A DNA stretch of 64,000 nucleotides from Eledone cirrhosa (taxonomy: Eukaryota). Under the pieces are notes generated by a model. That model did no database searches and was not told the origin of the DNA. It saw only the letters and a program-made list of their open reading frames with translations. Below are positions 27,617 through 42,630 of this stretch, one piece after another. The stretch is from contig OZ024742.1 in assembly GCA_964016885.1 (NCBI GenBank), positions 133,734,001 through 133,798,000 of the forward strand, read 5' to 3'. Both the position numbers and the translations under genes were made by a program. The first letter of the stretch is position 1; each line of letters opens with the position of its first letter.

Positions 27617-29400
27617 GAGTATGTTTGTTTCTGTTTGAGAATGTGTGTGTGATACTCACCCCTACGCCGTTATACCTCTTAATTCCTGAAAGCAACCACA
27701 ACTGATATTAACTAATTTAAGAACTTTTAAGCTTTCATTAAAGTAGAGATCTCTAAAAGAGCACTATCCATTTTAAATTCTGCATTCTAAAAAGCGAAAA
27801 ATATATCAAAAATATAAGTCGTAATTAAAGCATACACACCACCCCACAATGTATGTATATAAAAAAATATATATACATATACATACATATATATACTTAT
27901 ATCACACTATTTACCCAAACAACAATATTTCAGAAATGTATTAAAACTATAGATCTCAAAGTAGCATAAGAAGAAAATAAAAACCAAACTAGTAAATATA
28001 TACCTTAAATACAGTTTGTGTACGTATACATTAAGATAAACTAAAACTTTGTTAGATATAACTCTAACCATCCTAAGGTAGTAGCTACGGCCATCCTTGC
28101 TTCTTAAGAATAACTTCGATGTCATCTGCGAACCAGAAGATCTTCTATAATATCGCCGGTTGTTGAATCAGCACCCTAGAGAGAGATTCATATCGGGAAA
28201 CGCTTTCATATACACCAAGGGAAATAAAACATTCAATATGAAAGCAAATTTCTATATATAAAGTTAAATGTACGCACCACAAATCATCCATATGGGAGAA
28301 CAATTGATACTAACAACACGATTCTTAGCCTTAACATTAAAATAGCTGATATAAAAGTAACTGACATAAAAGTAACTGATATAAAAGTAACATGGTAGTG
28401 AATAGATATTGTGAGTATGGGGATCGAGGGCGAGACATTAGCAATATGACAAAAAAATAATGTAGATAATACAACAGTTTCTTGGTGAACATTAAATAGA
28501 GGCTTCGACTTCAATCAACCAACAGTAGACAGAATATATTCCATAAATCCCAGCCACATTATCAACGAAAATAGGCTGCACGCCTAAATACATATAACCC
28601 GAACACTGAGAGCAATAAGATAAATAGCACAAGAAATGGCCCACTTTAATGTGCATAGTTGATCAATCCACAATGTTATAATAACCACATAACCAGGCTT
28701 CAATCCACTGGACTATTATGTATAGGGCGTAGTTGAAAATGAGGTCACTCATCACCCTCAAAACACTATAGAATCTCTCAAGCTTGCCATAATAACCTAT
28801 TTGTTTGTAAACGACCATCTAAACACATACACATAGAGATCTCTCATTCTTTCTTATGACTGAGATAAATGTAATTCCTTCCATTGCTTGTGATTTGAGA
28901 AGAATTAGCAGATTAGATATTAATAACATATGTATGATGAAATCTCATTTTTGGATTAGCTCAGTATATAATTCCTATGGAATTATTGAAATTATGAGCA
29001 AGATTTAATAGGTATACTTTTCTACAAACCACAAATTCAATATAATTAAACTCATGTTAATTTGTAAAATTCTAGAACTGTTTTCACTAGGGAATTCTAT
29101 AAATTCTATACCGCTGATGCGGTTTAAACTATCAACTCATATAATATGAATTTTCTGGATAGAGGACGGAATACTTTCTTCAGATTTATATTTGATGCGT
29201 CTTCTGAGAGGTTTTAAGTGGCATGATACTGATCACTTATTCAAAACCCATTTATCTAACAAGTATTCAATTTGTGCATCTGTCATTCTCAGTGTCTCAA
29301 TATTGCGTCGGTGTCAAGAAATAACTGAATATTCCACTGGTGCCCCGGGTAGTAGTTTCAAACAGACGCACGTACACACGCATACACACACACACACACA

Positions 29401-29547
<147 letters not shown>

Positions 29548-29703
29548 CGTGCTTGTTTATTCAAATAACGAACAAATATTCTTAAAAAGTTACATTTCGA
29601 TTTCATTTTTTTTCCTCCAAAACATAAACATACACATACCGACCATAATTAAATATGGAAGGATACGCGGTGACAACCCCCCCCCCCCCACGCACACACA
29701 CCT

Positions 29704-31488
29704 CACAGCCCCGGCGGTCAGAATGGAGAGGGCGTTTCCCCGGAGGACGGCAACGGAGACGCGCTGGAAAAGCCAGTCCAACTCGCGGGGCTCAGACCTG
29801 CGGCTGGTCAGCTCAGCACCTATGGTGGTGAGTAGGGAGGTAGCCCTAGGACCGAGGACACCAGAAGTCTCCACTGCCAGGGCTACAACCGCAAACCTGT
29901 CGGAGGGTAACCGGTATTTGAGGAGTTTAGCCTCCTCAGCCCGACGTTCAGCAGAACCCGGGTTAGTCGCAGACTGCACCAGGTTGCGGTTGCAGAAAGT
30001 ATCGGTGCAAGTGGCATCACAGAGAGGTTTGCCACCGCGGAACGGGTAGATGGTCATGCCATCTGGCCTTTTGCGTCCCCTTGGTCCAGCCCCACCGGGT
30101 CGAGCTGGATAGGGAAGACTGTAGCGTCCAAGGCATACTTTATAACCTCGTTGAAGGCAGCTTGCGTGGAAAGCGGGCGGCACTGTGGCGACAGGAAAGC
30201 GGGTGGAGGGTGAAAGGGTTCACGGAGGATCCTCAGCGACATTGGTGTGGCTTGCAGATCCGGAGGCCGAGCCTCAATGAAAAGCCGATGCGCAGGTTAT
30301 TGTTTTCTAACTGCGTGCCATGGAGAAGGAGGGCAGGGTATGGAGCCAGGCACCACTGTGGCGTTTGGAGACCACACCAAACAAGCAAGGCGGTGCTGGT
30401 CGAGCTCGCGCGTGAGCCTGTCTGAGGCCAGGCAGCATAGGATGGCATCCCAAGTGCTTTGGGCGGACTTGACGTCAACATGGGGGGGGGGGGGACGTGT
30501 AGAGGGCTAACTCCCAGCCGGTCCCACGTCTCACAGGCAGATTCATGTTCTCTGAACACAGAGGGTTCTATTGTGCTTAGAAGAAACCTGCTGACGAGGA
30601 CACGACACGAGGTTACCGACGAAAGATACGCCGACGAAGCCAGTGAGATCGGGGACCGGAGGCCAAGGCCACCATACCTGACAGGTAAAGGGGCCGGCTG
30701 CCATCCAACGTCGTCAAACGTGACGTTGCATATCTTCTCGACTGCATCTCGATACAAGTATCGAGGTCAGCGAGGAGAGATGTGTGGGTGTAGCACGGAG
30801 CGCTGCGAAAGGTATAGAGGAGCTTCGGCATGGCGAAGTAGTTCCTCAACAGAAGTTGGGCTGGGTGACTCTTGATCAAACCCAGTCGGCTCCTGAGAGT
30901 CTGGAGTTGTTGAAGCCTGGACCTGATGGTGGAGCGGTTGGCCGGCGGGTAGATCGGTGACTCGAGGATGAGGACATCCTCTTGCGGGGTCACCTGTACC
31001 TGGTGGAGAATGGACCGCGCGTCCGAGACGGAGGCTGTAAAGCTCTCAGCATCGTGGGTGACATTCACCACCTCCAACTTGGCCGAGTTGACCTGAAGGC
31101 CGATTCCTGCCAGGGCAGGAACCACCGATTGTAGACAGTCTGCACGGGCCCGCCCAACGTAGCATCATCCAGATATCAAACATTGAGAGGGGCCGTGATA
31201 CTCCGAGCGATGTGGTCTATAGCAAGGGCAAACAGGAGGGGTCCCAAAGGGTCGCCCTGTTGGACCCCAGTGGCCGAAGGAATGACCGTATCAACAGCGA
31301 GGTGCATGCGCGGGTTCCATACGACAGGTAGGCCAGCGGATAGTCAGATGGGGCTCGGCTGAGGCAGGCATCGAGCAAATGGTCCCGAAGTAAGCAATTG
31401 AAGGCATTCCTTATGTCTAGCTTGACAATGAGGTGCCTGGACTACCTGGATGCCGGTACTGGTGGGCAGCTCTTGAAGAACTGCCTAT
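29704..31488 (-). mobile_element. 5'-truncated decayed CRE-clade non-LTR retrotransposon (RT + restriction-like endonuclease)
   Basis: GVQQGDPLGPLLFALAI at ~31215-31270; LPVRYGGLGLRS (ORF 30233-30757); GRKRPDGMTIYPFRGGKPLCDATCTDT and LAVETSG..FQRVSVAVLRGNA (ORF 29590-30183). Confidence 0.88.
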
Positions 31489-31566
31489 GCATATATATAT
31501 ATATATATATATATACGCATCCAACACCAATTATACATATATATATATATATATATACACACACAC

Positions 31567-31628
<62 letters not shown>

Positions 31629-31632
<4 letters not shown>

Positions 31633-33199
31633 CTTATATAGGATTAACCGTTTGTGACTTCAAGACCCGGCTATACCAACACAGACATATTTTCCGAAAC
31701 CCGGCCCAGCGTCACGCCACCACACTTTCGGGTCACATCTGGGACCTCAAAGATAACTATATAACCTATGATCCCACTTGGAGCTTACTGTCCAGAGCCA
31801 ACTCTTACACGGGAGGACGCCGTCAGTGTAATTTATGCTCGGAGGAAACATTACAAATGCTGTTTTCGAGGGACCAACTCCTAAACAAGAAAGACGAAAT
31901 GGTAATTGCATGCAAACACAGATTGCGTAAAACTTACCTCGCCCTCAAACCCCATAATAACCCGGGGGGGGGGGGTAGACAAGGACTGTAACACCCCACT
32001 TGCCGACTTTGTGACGGGTAACCCCTGCTTGCAAAGGTAGACGTAAGATTTTCTCATATATTTTTTATCGTTTCCTCTATATTTCCTTCTTACCCCCATT
32101 CCTTCCAAGTCCTTCCACCCCAGTTCTCCTTCTTTGTCGTCGTCCTTTTCACTTTCTCGCCCACCCCAACGCAGCCCTTCGGTCCTTTGTAGCCTCAAAA
32201 CCCCCACCCCATCCCTTATTCTATGATAGAATTGGCCGACTCCGCTTTTTATAGCAGATGTGATAGACCCCAGATATTTGCTTTCTTATCCCATTGCTGC
32301 CCCATTTCCATGTTTTCTAGATTTCTTAGTGGTATCTCTGCTTTAGTTTCTCGTATATCAGTATTTATTTATTATTATTATTTTTTTTTTTTTTGGGGGG
32401 GGGGGGGGGGGTCTGAATTAATTTTTCGTATTAAATTTTTCGTATATAACGTACGAGCATCTATGTAGTTAGTATTAGAATTTATGTATCGTAGCGGTAC
32501 TTCTATAAATAGTATTAGTATTCATTTTCGGGATTCTGAATTATTATTTCGTATTAGTTTCGGCACTCTGAATTATTATATCGTAGTAGTTTCTTTAGTA
32601 TTTTGGCCCCCTACGCGTTGACCTGTCACTGTAAGATAGATTTGGACGATTACTACTAACTCATAACATTCTTTCACTACAATGTCGTATTTAGTATTCC
32701 GTCCCACCTATTAACCTTTTCTATAGTTTAGTAGTACCAGTGAGAGACTTGAGACTGTGGTAGGGGAATAGCAACCAGAAATTGTTTTTTTAAATATTTT
32801 TAACATTCTTATTATTCTTCTATATATTTACTCCATATTGATTTACTTATTGTTTCGACTTCCTCCCCCTCACCCTCCCTAGTATACTTCTCTTGACCTC
32901 TTATCCTTAGGATTCTGCTGTATTTGGCACTATCAACGCACGACGGGGTTTCCTCCACTCCCTCTCCCTCTTTCTTCTACTGGCAAGTTCAGCTACCGCT
33001 TCCTTCCACAAAATGCCATGATAGAATTGTGTGTCTCAACAACAAACTTTTGACCAATCCATGGACAATCACTTTTACCATATATGAATTAACCCCTGAG
33101 AAGCTCGGCTATTCATGTACCAGAATAAACATTTTCATTTAGTCCAGAATTACCCGTCGAAACGGCTTGAGCTCAGCCGTCGGGGTCCTACTCGTTCCT
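31629..33199 (+). mobile_element. 3' portion of Naiad-like PLE (GIY-YIG C-terminus + long 3' UTR), same family as 58468-61255, inserted in (TA)n
   Basis: KAYIGLTVCDFKTRLYQH..TTLSGHIW..CNLCSEE..LLNKKDEMVIACKH; 3' UTR collinear with the revcomp of 58468-59995. Confidence 0.9.
33092..33186 (+). ncRNA. Type I hammerhead in PLE 3' UTR (C3/A8 mismatch copy)
   Basis: ACCC-CTGAGAA-G ctCGGCTATTC...GAATTACCCGtC-GAAA-CGGCT tgagctc AGCCG-TC-GGGGT. Confidence 0.7.
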
Positions 33200-33338
33200 A
33201 TATATATATATATATCCATATATATCCATATTTTGCAATACACTGTATGCTTAATTAAGAGCATTTTGAATACCCTACGCTATTGTTTTAAAGTAGTGAC
33301 TATGTGGCTTACTTATTTTTTCAGCAAACAAAGGGAGA

Positions 33339-33386
33339 TAAGCTGACATATCTATGTTTCGTACTGTTTGTATTCTTCAGCGCTTA
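33339..33386 (-). ncRNA. Type I hammerhead (array copy 1)
   Basis: Minus strand TAAGCG-CTGAAGA-ATAC aaaca GTAC-GAAA-CATA ga TATG-TC-AGCTTA. Confidence 0.78.
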
Positions 33387-33664
33387 CCACTCCCATTGTT
33401 TGCTGAAAATTATGAATGTTGGATTGTTATAGCATTCCAGTAATAATCAGGAACTGATTATACAGGGCGGTTGCCGGTTCAGCAAAAATTGAAAATTAGA
33501 ATTGGTGCTCTGAAATAGTGATATATATATATATATATGAATGTATATATAGTATATTTTGGAATAAACTGTATGCTTAATTAAAAACATTTTGAAGACC
33601 CTACGATAGTGTTTTAAAGTAGTGACTATGTCACTTACTTCTTTTTTCAGCAAACGAAGGGAGA

Positions 33665-33712
33665 TAAGCTGACAGATCTCTGTTTCGTACTGTTTGTATT
33701 CCGCAGAGCTTA
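33665..33712 (-). ncRNA. Type I hammerhead (array copy 2, A6 mutated)
   Basis: Minus strand TAAGCT-CTGCGGA-ATAC aaaca GTAC-GAAA-CAGA ga TCTG-TC-AGCTTA. Confidence 0.7.
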
Positions 33713-33843
33713 CCACTCCCATTGTTTGCTGAAAATTATGAATGTTGGATTCTTATAGAATTCCAGTAATAATCAGGAACTGATTATACAGAGCGGTTGC
33801 CGGTCCAGCAACAATTGGAAATTAGAACTGGTGTTCTGAAATA

Positions 33844-33887
<44 letters not shown>

Positions 33888-34010
33888 TGTATATATAGAG
33901 TATGTTGGAATACACTGTATGCTTAATTAAAATCATGTTGAAGACCCTACGCTATTGTTTTAAAGTAGTAACTATGTGACTTACTTCTTTTTTCAGCAAA
34001 CAAAGGAAGA

Positions 34011-34058
34011 TAAGCTGACAGATCTCTGTTTCGTACTGTTGGTACTCCTCAGAGCTTA
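34011..34058 (-). ncRNA. Canonical type I hammerhead (array copy 3)
   Basis: Minus strand TAAGCT-CTGAGGA-GTAC caaca GTAC-GAAA-CAGA ga TCTG-TC-AGCTTA: full core, G10.1:C11.1, GUC site. Confidence 0.92.
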
Positions 34059-34230
34059 CACTCCCTTTGTTTGCTGAAAAAAGAAGTAAGTGACATAGTC
34101 ACTACTTTAAAACAATAGCGCAAGGTCTTCAAAATGCTTTTAATTAAGCATACAGTGTATTGCAAAATACACTATATATACATTCATATATATATCGCTA
34201 TTTCAGAGCACCAATTCTAATTTATATAGG

Positions 34231-34335
<105 letters not shown>

Positions 34336-34407
34336 GTTGTTCGATGCTTAAAGTGTCCGTATGCTTTAGGCCGTATGAGCACTCGATGTCCTCATAGAGC
34401 AGAGTGT

Positions 34408-34727
34408 GATATCACAGACAAAAAGAGAATCAATGTTGTGACGAATGGAATTTATTGGATATATTACAATCGTTTCCTTGGCGACCAGCTCGAAGCAGGA
34501 TCAATGTGATAATCGAATCTGACTCTGAAATCGCAAAGTCATCAATTACGTCTTGATTCTACGAAGCATATTTTCCGATCAAGACGTATCTGAGGACCTT
34601 GCGATTTTCAGAGTGCAGTTCGATCATCAAATCGATCGTGCCTCGAGCTGGTCGCCTGAGAAACGATTATAATATGTCCAATAAATTCCATTCGTCGCAA
34701 CACTGATTCTCTTTTTTTCTGTGATAT
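34408..34727. repeat. Fold-back element carrying an HHR-like motif at 34587-34699 (+)
   Basis: Arms 34408-34540 and 34596-34727 are reverse-complementary; CTGAGGA-CCTTGCGA...TCGCCTGA-GAAA-CGA...TCG-TC; stem I weak. Confidence 0.7.
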
Positions 34728-35947
34728 ATATATATATATAATAATAATAATAAATTTGAAGGCTAAAAGCAGCGATTCTTTGCTTAAACTTTAATCTGTT
34801 ATTTTATTAAATATACATATATATATATATATAAAGTCTCCCAATAAATTTATTCTGATAAACATATATCCTTATTAATTAAGGGTATAACTGTATCGTC
34901 AATTATACCGCATCTTATATGTTCTATCAAGTATAAACAAACATTAAATATATACTTCATCTTATTCCATGATATATAAAACATAAATACAAAAAAAAAC
35001 ATCATTCTGAACGCAATCCTCATCATATACATTATTTTCATCTCTTCCATCTGTCAGGTATTTATCAACAATAAAGACGTAAAATAAAACTGACCGAAAT
35101 ATGCAGGCCTCCCCTTTCTCACAAAATATTCGATTCTCTTTTCTATGTATTCTAAACAACAATAATACCTTAAATATATGTCTTTCTAGCGCAAGTATAT
35201 ATGCCTCATATCACGAATTTCTGAAATCATTGCCAATCTGACATTGCTGCTGATATTTTCTTTTTTTGTTATATGCATCCTATGGTTGGGATTATTTTAG
35301 AAATGCATGGTCCTGAGTTGTGTATGGGAATCTTTTCCATCTTCCTCAAAAATACCTGAGCGACAAACAAGCACGGTAAACACAGAGGATCTATTTCTCA
35401 CCACTAAACTTTGTTTATATTGTGGATCACACGCTCGAACATATAAGATCAGGTCGAAGGAAAATAAATGATAACGATAAATTTGCCCCACGTTCTATGA
35501 CAAAATGAATGTGAAAAGGTTCGTTTCTTTCCCCACGGCGTATTCTTTGTATTCATTTAATGAATCACTTGTTACAATACCAAAACACACACTCAATTAC
35601 GTAGATTATCCCATCTTTGTATCCTCCCTAAAGTTTCGCACTCATATGAAATAAGGCAGAATGCCTACCTTTAGGAATTCTCTCACAATCTTTCTTTCAT
35701 TTATTGCTACACAAAACGAATTGCAGTTATATAATTTTGACATTATCATCGGCAATCGCAATTATTTATGAAATTGTGGAAAAGCAATGGCTACCGCCAT
35801 TCCTCTCGGCCACAGGCCGGCATATTCCATCTATTTAATGATAATGGAATGGAAGTAAAGCATTAGGATTACCATCTACGGAATAAACTAAAAATAATAC
35901 AGTCATAAATAAATGTATGCGAGCACGCATATGCACATGTATATGTA

Positions 35948-36017
<70 letters not shown>

Positions 36018-36022
36018 CAGGG

Positions 36023-36068
36023 CTTCCTGATGATTTCTCCCGAATGAAAGATTTCTAGTCCTGTAGAA
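36023..36068 (+). ncRNA. Degenerate hammerhead, same family as 11651-11697
   Basis: CTTC-CTGATGA-TTTCTCCCGAAT-GAAA-GATTTCTAGTCCTG-TA-GAA; stem III disrupted. Confidence 0.55.
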
Positions 36069-36161
36069 CCCTTTTCTATATTAAATATTTATACATTTAT
36101 ACTCTGCTTTGTATTGAGTACCTTACTTACTGTGATTACCCCCGATTGAACCAAGGATAAA

Positions 36162-36217
<56 letters not shown>

Positions 36218-36665
36218 AGTGGTTACACAACAGTAGTTCACCATACCGAGAACAATTGTTTCACCTTAGCAGATCCTCAGCTCGTAGTGGACATGGTTAT
36301 ACGGAACAGGAAGGACAACCGTACGAACAGGCAATACTAAAATGCGTGCGAGAGGTGTAAGGGAGGCAACTGCGAAATTCCGAAACATTTCTAGTTGATA
36401 AGAAAATTAGGATGTTGTTGTAATTCAATCCGCTGATTTGTAGTTACGTAAGAGGTGTTTCGAGACGTGTGGACAACGTGTGAAAAATCAATTCTAGTGT
36501 TTAGGCAATTGCTATTGCATAATCTATTTAGAATATTTATTCGTTCATCAATACATAGTCCACACGACGGATTTCCCCTTGCGTATGGCTTGGACTTAGT
36601 GATGGCTTTCCATTGAATGGAGTAGTCTATACTTGAGTCCTTGAGGGACCATACTCGTCCCATGG
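36218..36665 (-). mobile_element. 3' end of PLE (same family as 9430-11013)
   Basis: ORF 36391-36663 VWSLKDSSIDYSIQWKAITKSKPYARGNPSCGLCIDERINIL, near-identical to 10393-10707. Confidence 0.9.
36241..36290 (-). ncRNA. Type I hammerhead in PLE 3' end
   Basis: Minus strand CGAG-CTGAGGA-T-CT gctaa GG-T-GAAA-CAATTG-TT-CTCG. Confidence 0.82.
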
Positions 36666-36712
36666 ACTGAGTGCTCTGCCACGACGGATATTACCTTCAA
36701 TTGTTCTACCAC

Positions 36713-36829
<117 letters not shown>

Positions 36830-39037
36830 CGGTGTGTGTGTGTCCGGTCATTCCTGAGCGCTGCTGGTCACATATAACCCAGTACAACCTGTCCATCGTT
36901 GGGTCGTCAGTGACAAAAACGGCAAAGACACCAACATTGCTTGACGAGGAGGGTGATTTTGGACTCCCTGAGGGTTTAGGAACTAAGGAGTGTCAACGGC
37001 AATGCGATAATATTTTTTGTGTTTTTTTATAGAGCGAGAGTTGTCTAGCCTTCATTAAGACATCTCTCTAGAAGATCACTCGGATATAAAACATACTAGT
37101 TTGTTTTCATCCAATGACGTAGACCTGTTCTACTTGCATTCGATGTTCTGAGCGTGGGATTGGCGCCGTGCAAAGCCTTACATCACATAGCGTAGCTTCA
37201 ACACAGGCATCGCTTGATATGCGACATTGTTTTGCGATGAATGGCAATGCTTAATTATCAAGCGATGGCATTACTCGAAATCGATTTGCAGCCATCATAT
37301 ATATATGTGTATGTATTCGCGCGCTCATGTGTGTGCGTGCGTATGTGTGTAATTGTGCGTGTGTGTGCGCGCGTGCGTGTGTTTGCATGCATGTGTGTGT
37401 GCGTTTCTACTGATGGTTTCATTTTCTTGTCCGTGCCTATTCTCACATGTTAACGGATGAGGTAATATTTAAAGAATGGTAAAAATCTTATACTGCATCT
37501 AAAAATCATTGAAGTTTAACATTACTTTCAAGAATTTAAGTAATCATCAATATACAGGTTCCTACACATGAATGAACATTTGATCAGTTTTTCTCTTATG
37601 GGTCGTTGAACATGAGATTTCTTTAAATAGTAAATACATACATTCTATATAATATATTTATTTAAACGAGTAGTTAAACAAGTATGCATAAATATCGATG
37701 GGTGGTTGTAAATGGGAATTTAATTTTTTTAATTATACGACGTTTATGATGAAGCTTTATTTACACCGATTGATTCGATATCCAACTCCCTCGCCAATAG
37801 TCGCGTGGCGTAGTGGTAAGACTTACGATCATACTATCAAAGCTTCGTGTCCCGGAGCGATTCCTAGACTAGGTGGTGTTTTGTATCATTGAGCACAAGG
37901 AAATGTTGTTCCAGTATACTTCGCTTAAAATGAGTTAAACTCTGGGATGGGTCTTCTACTCTAAGAAGTTTAACACCATGGAAATCGTGATAAGCACCGA
38001 CTCAAGGAGCCCCCGTGCTAGTTACAGATTTTAGACTTGTTATTCTATCTCAATATATTATAGCAAAATGTATCATCTGATTATACTTTGTATAAAAAAA
38101 TGTGTCTTACCACTTTGCAAGTGTGGTATATTTAATCAGGCTCATTAAAAGAAATCTGACCATTAAAAGCTTCAAATAGTTGAGTTCAGCGGTGCATATT
38201 GTGATTAAGATCTATTTTTCTGTAAATCACGATTCGATTTAGTCTGTTATATTTATTAGCAAGAAGAATAAAATCCATGCACAAATATCATGAGCATTCA
38301 GACTATACTCTCAGACATCTATTCAAAATGTTTTGTGTGAAGAAATTATGTTTGATATTGATTTCAATGTAGGGGACGTTTCATACTACATACACATATC
38401 ACCGATCTGATTAAAAGTTTTGAGCAATGATATACATTTTCACAGGAATATGTCTAGTTTAATCATGTGCATATAACCTAGACCAAAGCGATACACTCAA
38501 GAGTTTAAATAGTATATTTACACCATCATGAGAAGATAATATATTTGCAAATTACAAATGGAAGCGCTTTCATATATAGAAAATTCTTACACTATCAATC
38601 AAAGATCCATATGCACATTATAAACTTTGCAAGGTAGCACTTACATACTATTAAATTATTTATATATTATATATTTGACATAATATTAGTCAAGTAGACG
38701 TACTACAATTTATTAGTATTTTTTTTAATTTGTTCTATTCGTAGGGATAGATGCAATATTATCAAAACAGCCAGGAATGTATATATATATATACATATAT
38801 ATATCTTTTATTACCTTCTGTGACATTTTTATGATAAAAAGTTCATATGAATATTTTACAAAATATGTATGTTTCTTGTCTTCTCTAGAATCGACTTTTC
38901 AATATCGTTATAAAATTAAATGATAAATTGAATATCAGCATGTATGTGTCTTTAGAAACGATAGTTTCAAGAAACACGCACCCACCCAAAACATTCACAC
39001 TAGTATAAATACATACAAATGTATATACATAGCTATG

Positions 39038-39069
<32 letters not shown>

Positions 39070-39532
39070 GGTGTGTGTATGTATATATATTATATATGCT
39101 TATATACATAACTCACATATACTTATATATATATATATATATACGCAAACATATATATATATATATGGATGTATGTGTGTAGTTTTCAGTGTGCAATAAA
39201 TGTGCACATGATTGTTTAAGAGTATAGACATCTCTCTTGGGGTAAACACTGTTACGAAAAAATAACATCATACGCAATCAAAGCATCTATAAATACTTCT
39301 CATATATTTAACACTTAAAATTCATATATATATTTTCTGTCTGTGTATGTGTGGTTATACCTGTGTCTATGTTTGTGAGTGACTGTATGTGTGTAGTTAA
39401 GTAGAAATTGTGATACATTGAAAAACATATATATCATTAACATCAATCATATACCTAAAAGCAATCAGTAGTTTTAACATCTATTCGCGGTTCACAACAA
39501 TCAAAATATCTAACCATTTTGTTAGAGATTCT

Positions 39533-39559
39533 TGTTGTTGTTGTTGTTGTTGTTGTTGC

Positions 39560-39599
<40 letters not shown>

Positions 39600-39626
39600 G
39601 CTGCTGCTGCTGCTGCTGTTGTTGTT
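39533..39626. repeat. (GTT)n/(GCT)n microsatellite
   Basis: Direct reading. Confidence 0.95.
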
Positions 39627-42481
39627 ATAGCCAAGAACTATTACTATATAACTCCATTTTATTAGGTTTCTGACTTGAAAAATTTATTTTCAAAAAATAC
39701 AAAGCGACATTTATATTGTTGTTATAATTCTTCCGTATTTTTGTTTACTTCATAATTTTTTATCATATTTTATTTGTTACTTTACTTTTCGATCATAGCC
39801 AATGTGCCATCTCTCGTGACCCTTTAGTGGCAAACGTCCACATCTTCCAAGCTTGATTCATCAAATACTACTTTTCCTTCAATATTTGGTTTGATATTTT
39901 CTTCACATAAAATTCTGCCCTGCTTTGCATGGCTTTTTCATGTTAAATTTCTTCTCGTAATGTTTTGCAGCAATGTTCGCGTTTCCGTATCTATATATAT
40001 GTCTTACTTCTAATATTTCCCTTCAATTTCTTTTCGTAATGCTTTTTTTTATTCTTATTCGAAGAAGTTCTCATTCAGACTTGTATAATTGCAATTTCCC
40101 TCAAGCTCGTTTAATCTTCATTTCCTATTTTCCTTCATTCTGTATCAACAGGTGAACATGAAATTTAAAATTTGGATCACACAATTTCTATTTTACTTCA
40201 AAAGCAAGTATATGAAATAGCATTACATTGTCTTTAATGTAATTATTTAAATGCTGCATTGATTTTACTCAATGTACTCAGGAAACTTAATTTATGTAAA
40301 ATAATATTGTGACAGGTATAAGCAATATGAGTCTGCTACGGAGGAAATATGCCAGCTCTTATACAAAGCCGTAAAGATTGGACGTCATATATTATCAAGT
40401 GATATCCATGCTTATGAATATATTATCGCGTGGACTTTTATAGCTCGCAGTGTTTTCTACACTCTAATTTAGTAATCTTTGAAGAGTCATATGATACGGT
40501 ATCAAGTATCCATTTAGAAGGTGAAAATGATGGACAGACGGCAAACGCTGGAAACTATTGAAACACTATTGAAACAAAGTCCCAAATACGAATCTACATA
40601 ATTCTCCTATACACAATATCCCTATTAGGTTTCAAATAATATTGCACTAAATCATTTATCTGACACCATTTATCTACTACCCAGTTAGTAATTGAAATTA
40701 GGTTTTTGGAGAAGTTTTATTCTTCCTTCTTAGGATGAGTAGCTGGTAAAATTCAATGAATTATAGATACATCTGTGAAGATTAATAATTTTATTGTTAT
40801 GATTCATGTATATCATCATGAATTATTTTACAGGTTAAATAAATTTCAAATTGTACAACAGTTACTTTTGTCAATCATTTCTTCGAATTATCAATCGAAA
40901 CGTATGTAATAAATAGGAAGGATTATTTGTGAGGAAACGCCTGACATCCAGGGTTCGAATGTATTTGAACCTCTTCATGATGGCTGGTCAGATGCTTTAA
41001 ACAACTACAATATCGTCTATCACTTATATATTCCTATTAGACCTAGATGATATCCGACATAGTATCATTTATTGAGTAAAATGATATAGTATGGGACAAT
41101 GATAAGGACATTCTACCTACATACAGATAAGTTGTATTATACTTCTATTTTAGATTTATTTAAAATTGGCATTACCAGAACATGCAGTGTCAATAACCCA
41201 CATACACAACATAACCCATTGTAAAAGACGTAACTGGAGGTGCATCGGAAGAGATGAAATATTACCAGATATTTTTACAAATTGAACTAAATTAGGCTGT
41301 CATTCAATACAGTATCTTCATATGGAGATTGGAATCAAAGTTTACATCAAATATGCATTTACAAATTAAACAACATAAAGCCAGTAACAACTAGAAAAAT
41401 AATTTTAATAATGAACCACTAGTTGTTTAGTATTTAAGTAATGTTGAAATCCTTCAAATAACTCTGGTAGATTATATGTTGAAATAGGTTTTTACTTTGA
41501 AGAATAATATAGTAGAGTATGTAATGCAACTGACAATGTCAATATTGATTCACTTAAATATGCAGAATCCTATATGTTGAATGTTTCCAATTACAGTCGA
41601 TTTAATGACGTTTATAAATGATGCCAAAGATGAAAGGTAATGTTGTGCTTAGTATCATTTGAAATAGGTGTGTAGACTCACAGACCTGAACAATAATTTC
41701 AATATAAATTTAATAACTTGTTCTAATCTACAATAGTTCTGGGCTGCATTTTCGAAAAATTCAATTTCAATATACAGCTTTCCAGTTACATATATTGTTG
41801 GATACAAGAGTATAAATTGAAAATTACATGATATTCGTTTAAAGCAGAAGAAAACGAAAGAATATATAATGGTTTTAGAAAATCTATGAAAACAATACCC
41901 ACCATTTTGAATTTACGCTAATGTTTTAAATTATCTATTGAAAATGACTTAAAACGTAACATTTTATTGACCCGAAACCAATTCATTTATTTTCTAAATC
42001 TGAAAACCATTTATTCTGGACTTCTGCATAAATGTACAAATATATTAAATGCACTTTACCATTCAACATGATTATTAATTTTGACACGTCAATTTAAAAA
42101 TATAAAGATTTAAAAGAAAAAGAATCACGTAAAAATTCGCCAAAAAAGATTAAATCATTACTGGAAAATTTATATAATATTTTCCTTGTTGCAATCATGA
42201 TTTATACGACTTAAGATATATCGCTTTCATATTACTTGTAGGGTATTTTTGTCTTTCTGTTTAAATAATATAATTTCACAAGTGTATGTGACTGCGAGTG
42301 TGTGTTTGTGTATGGGTACGTGTCTCTGTCATTTTGCGTGTGTTTTGATAGATACAGATGGTTATCAGTGTGTAAGAGTAGGTATATGTATATAAACTGC
42401 TTCTTTGTCTATTCACATTCGATTTCAATATATTTAACAGTTAAATTTAGTCAATTGGTTCAATCCGCATACATTTCGTTT

Positions 42482-42560
<79 letters not shown>

Positions 42561-42568
42561 CTTTCTCA

Positions 42569-42630
<62 letters not shown>

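Larger units (their letters stand above)
33205..34222 (-). mobile_element. Retrozyme-like tandem array (~326-346-bp units, three HHRs) with terminal inverted segments; same family as 5995-6703
   Basis: Units repeat with HHRs at 33339, 33665 and 34011; 34075-34222 is inverted; flanks align with the 6015-6331 unit. Confidence 0.88.
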
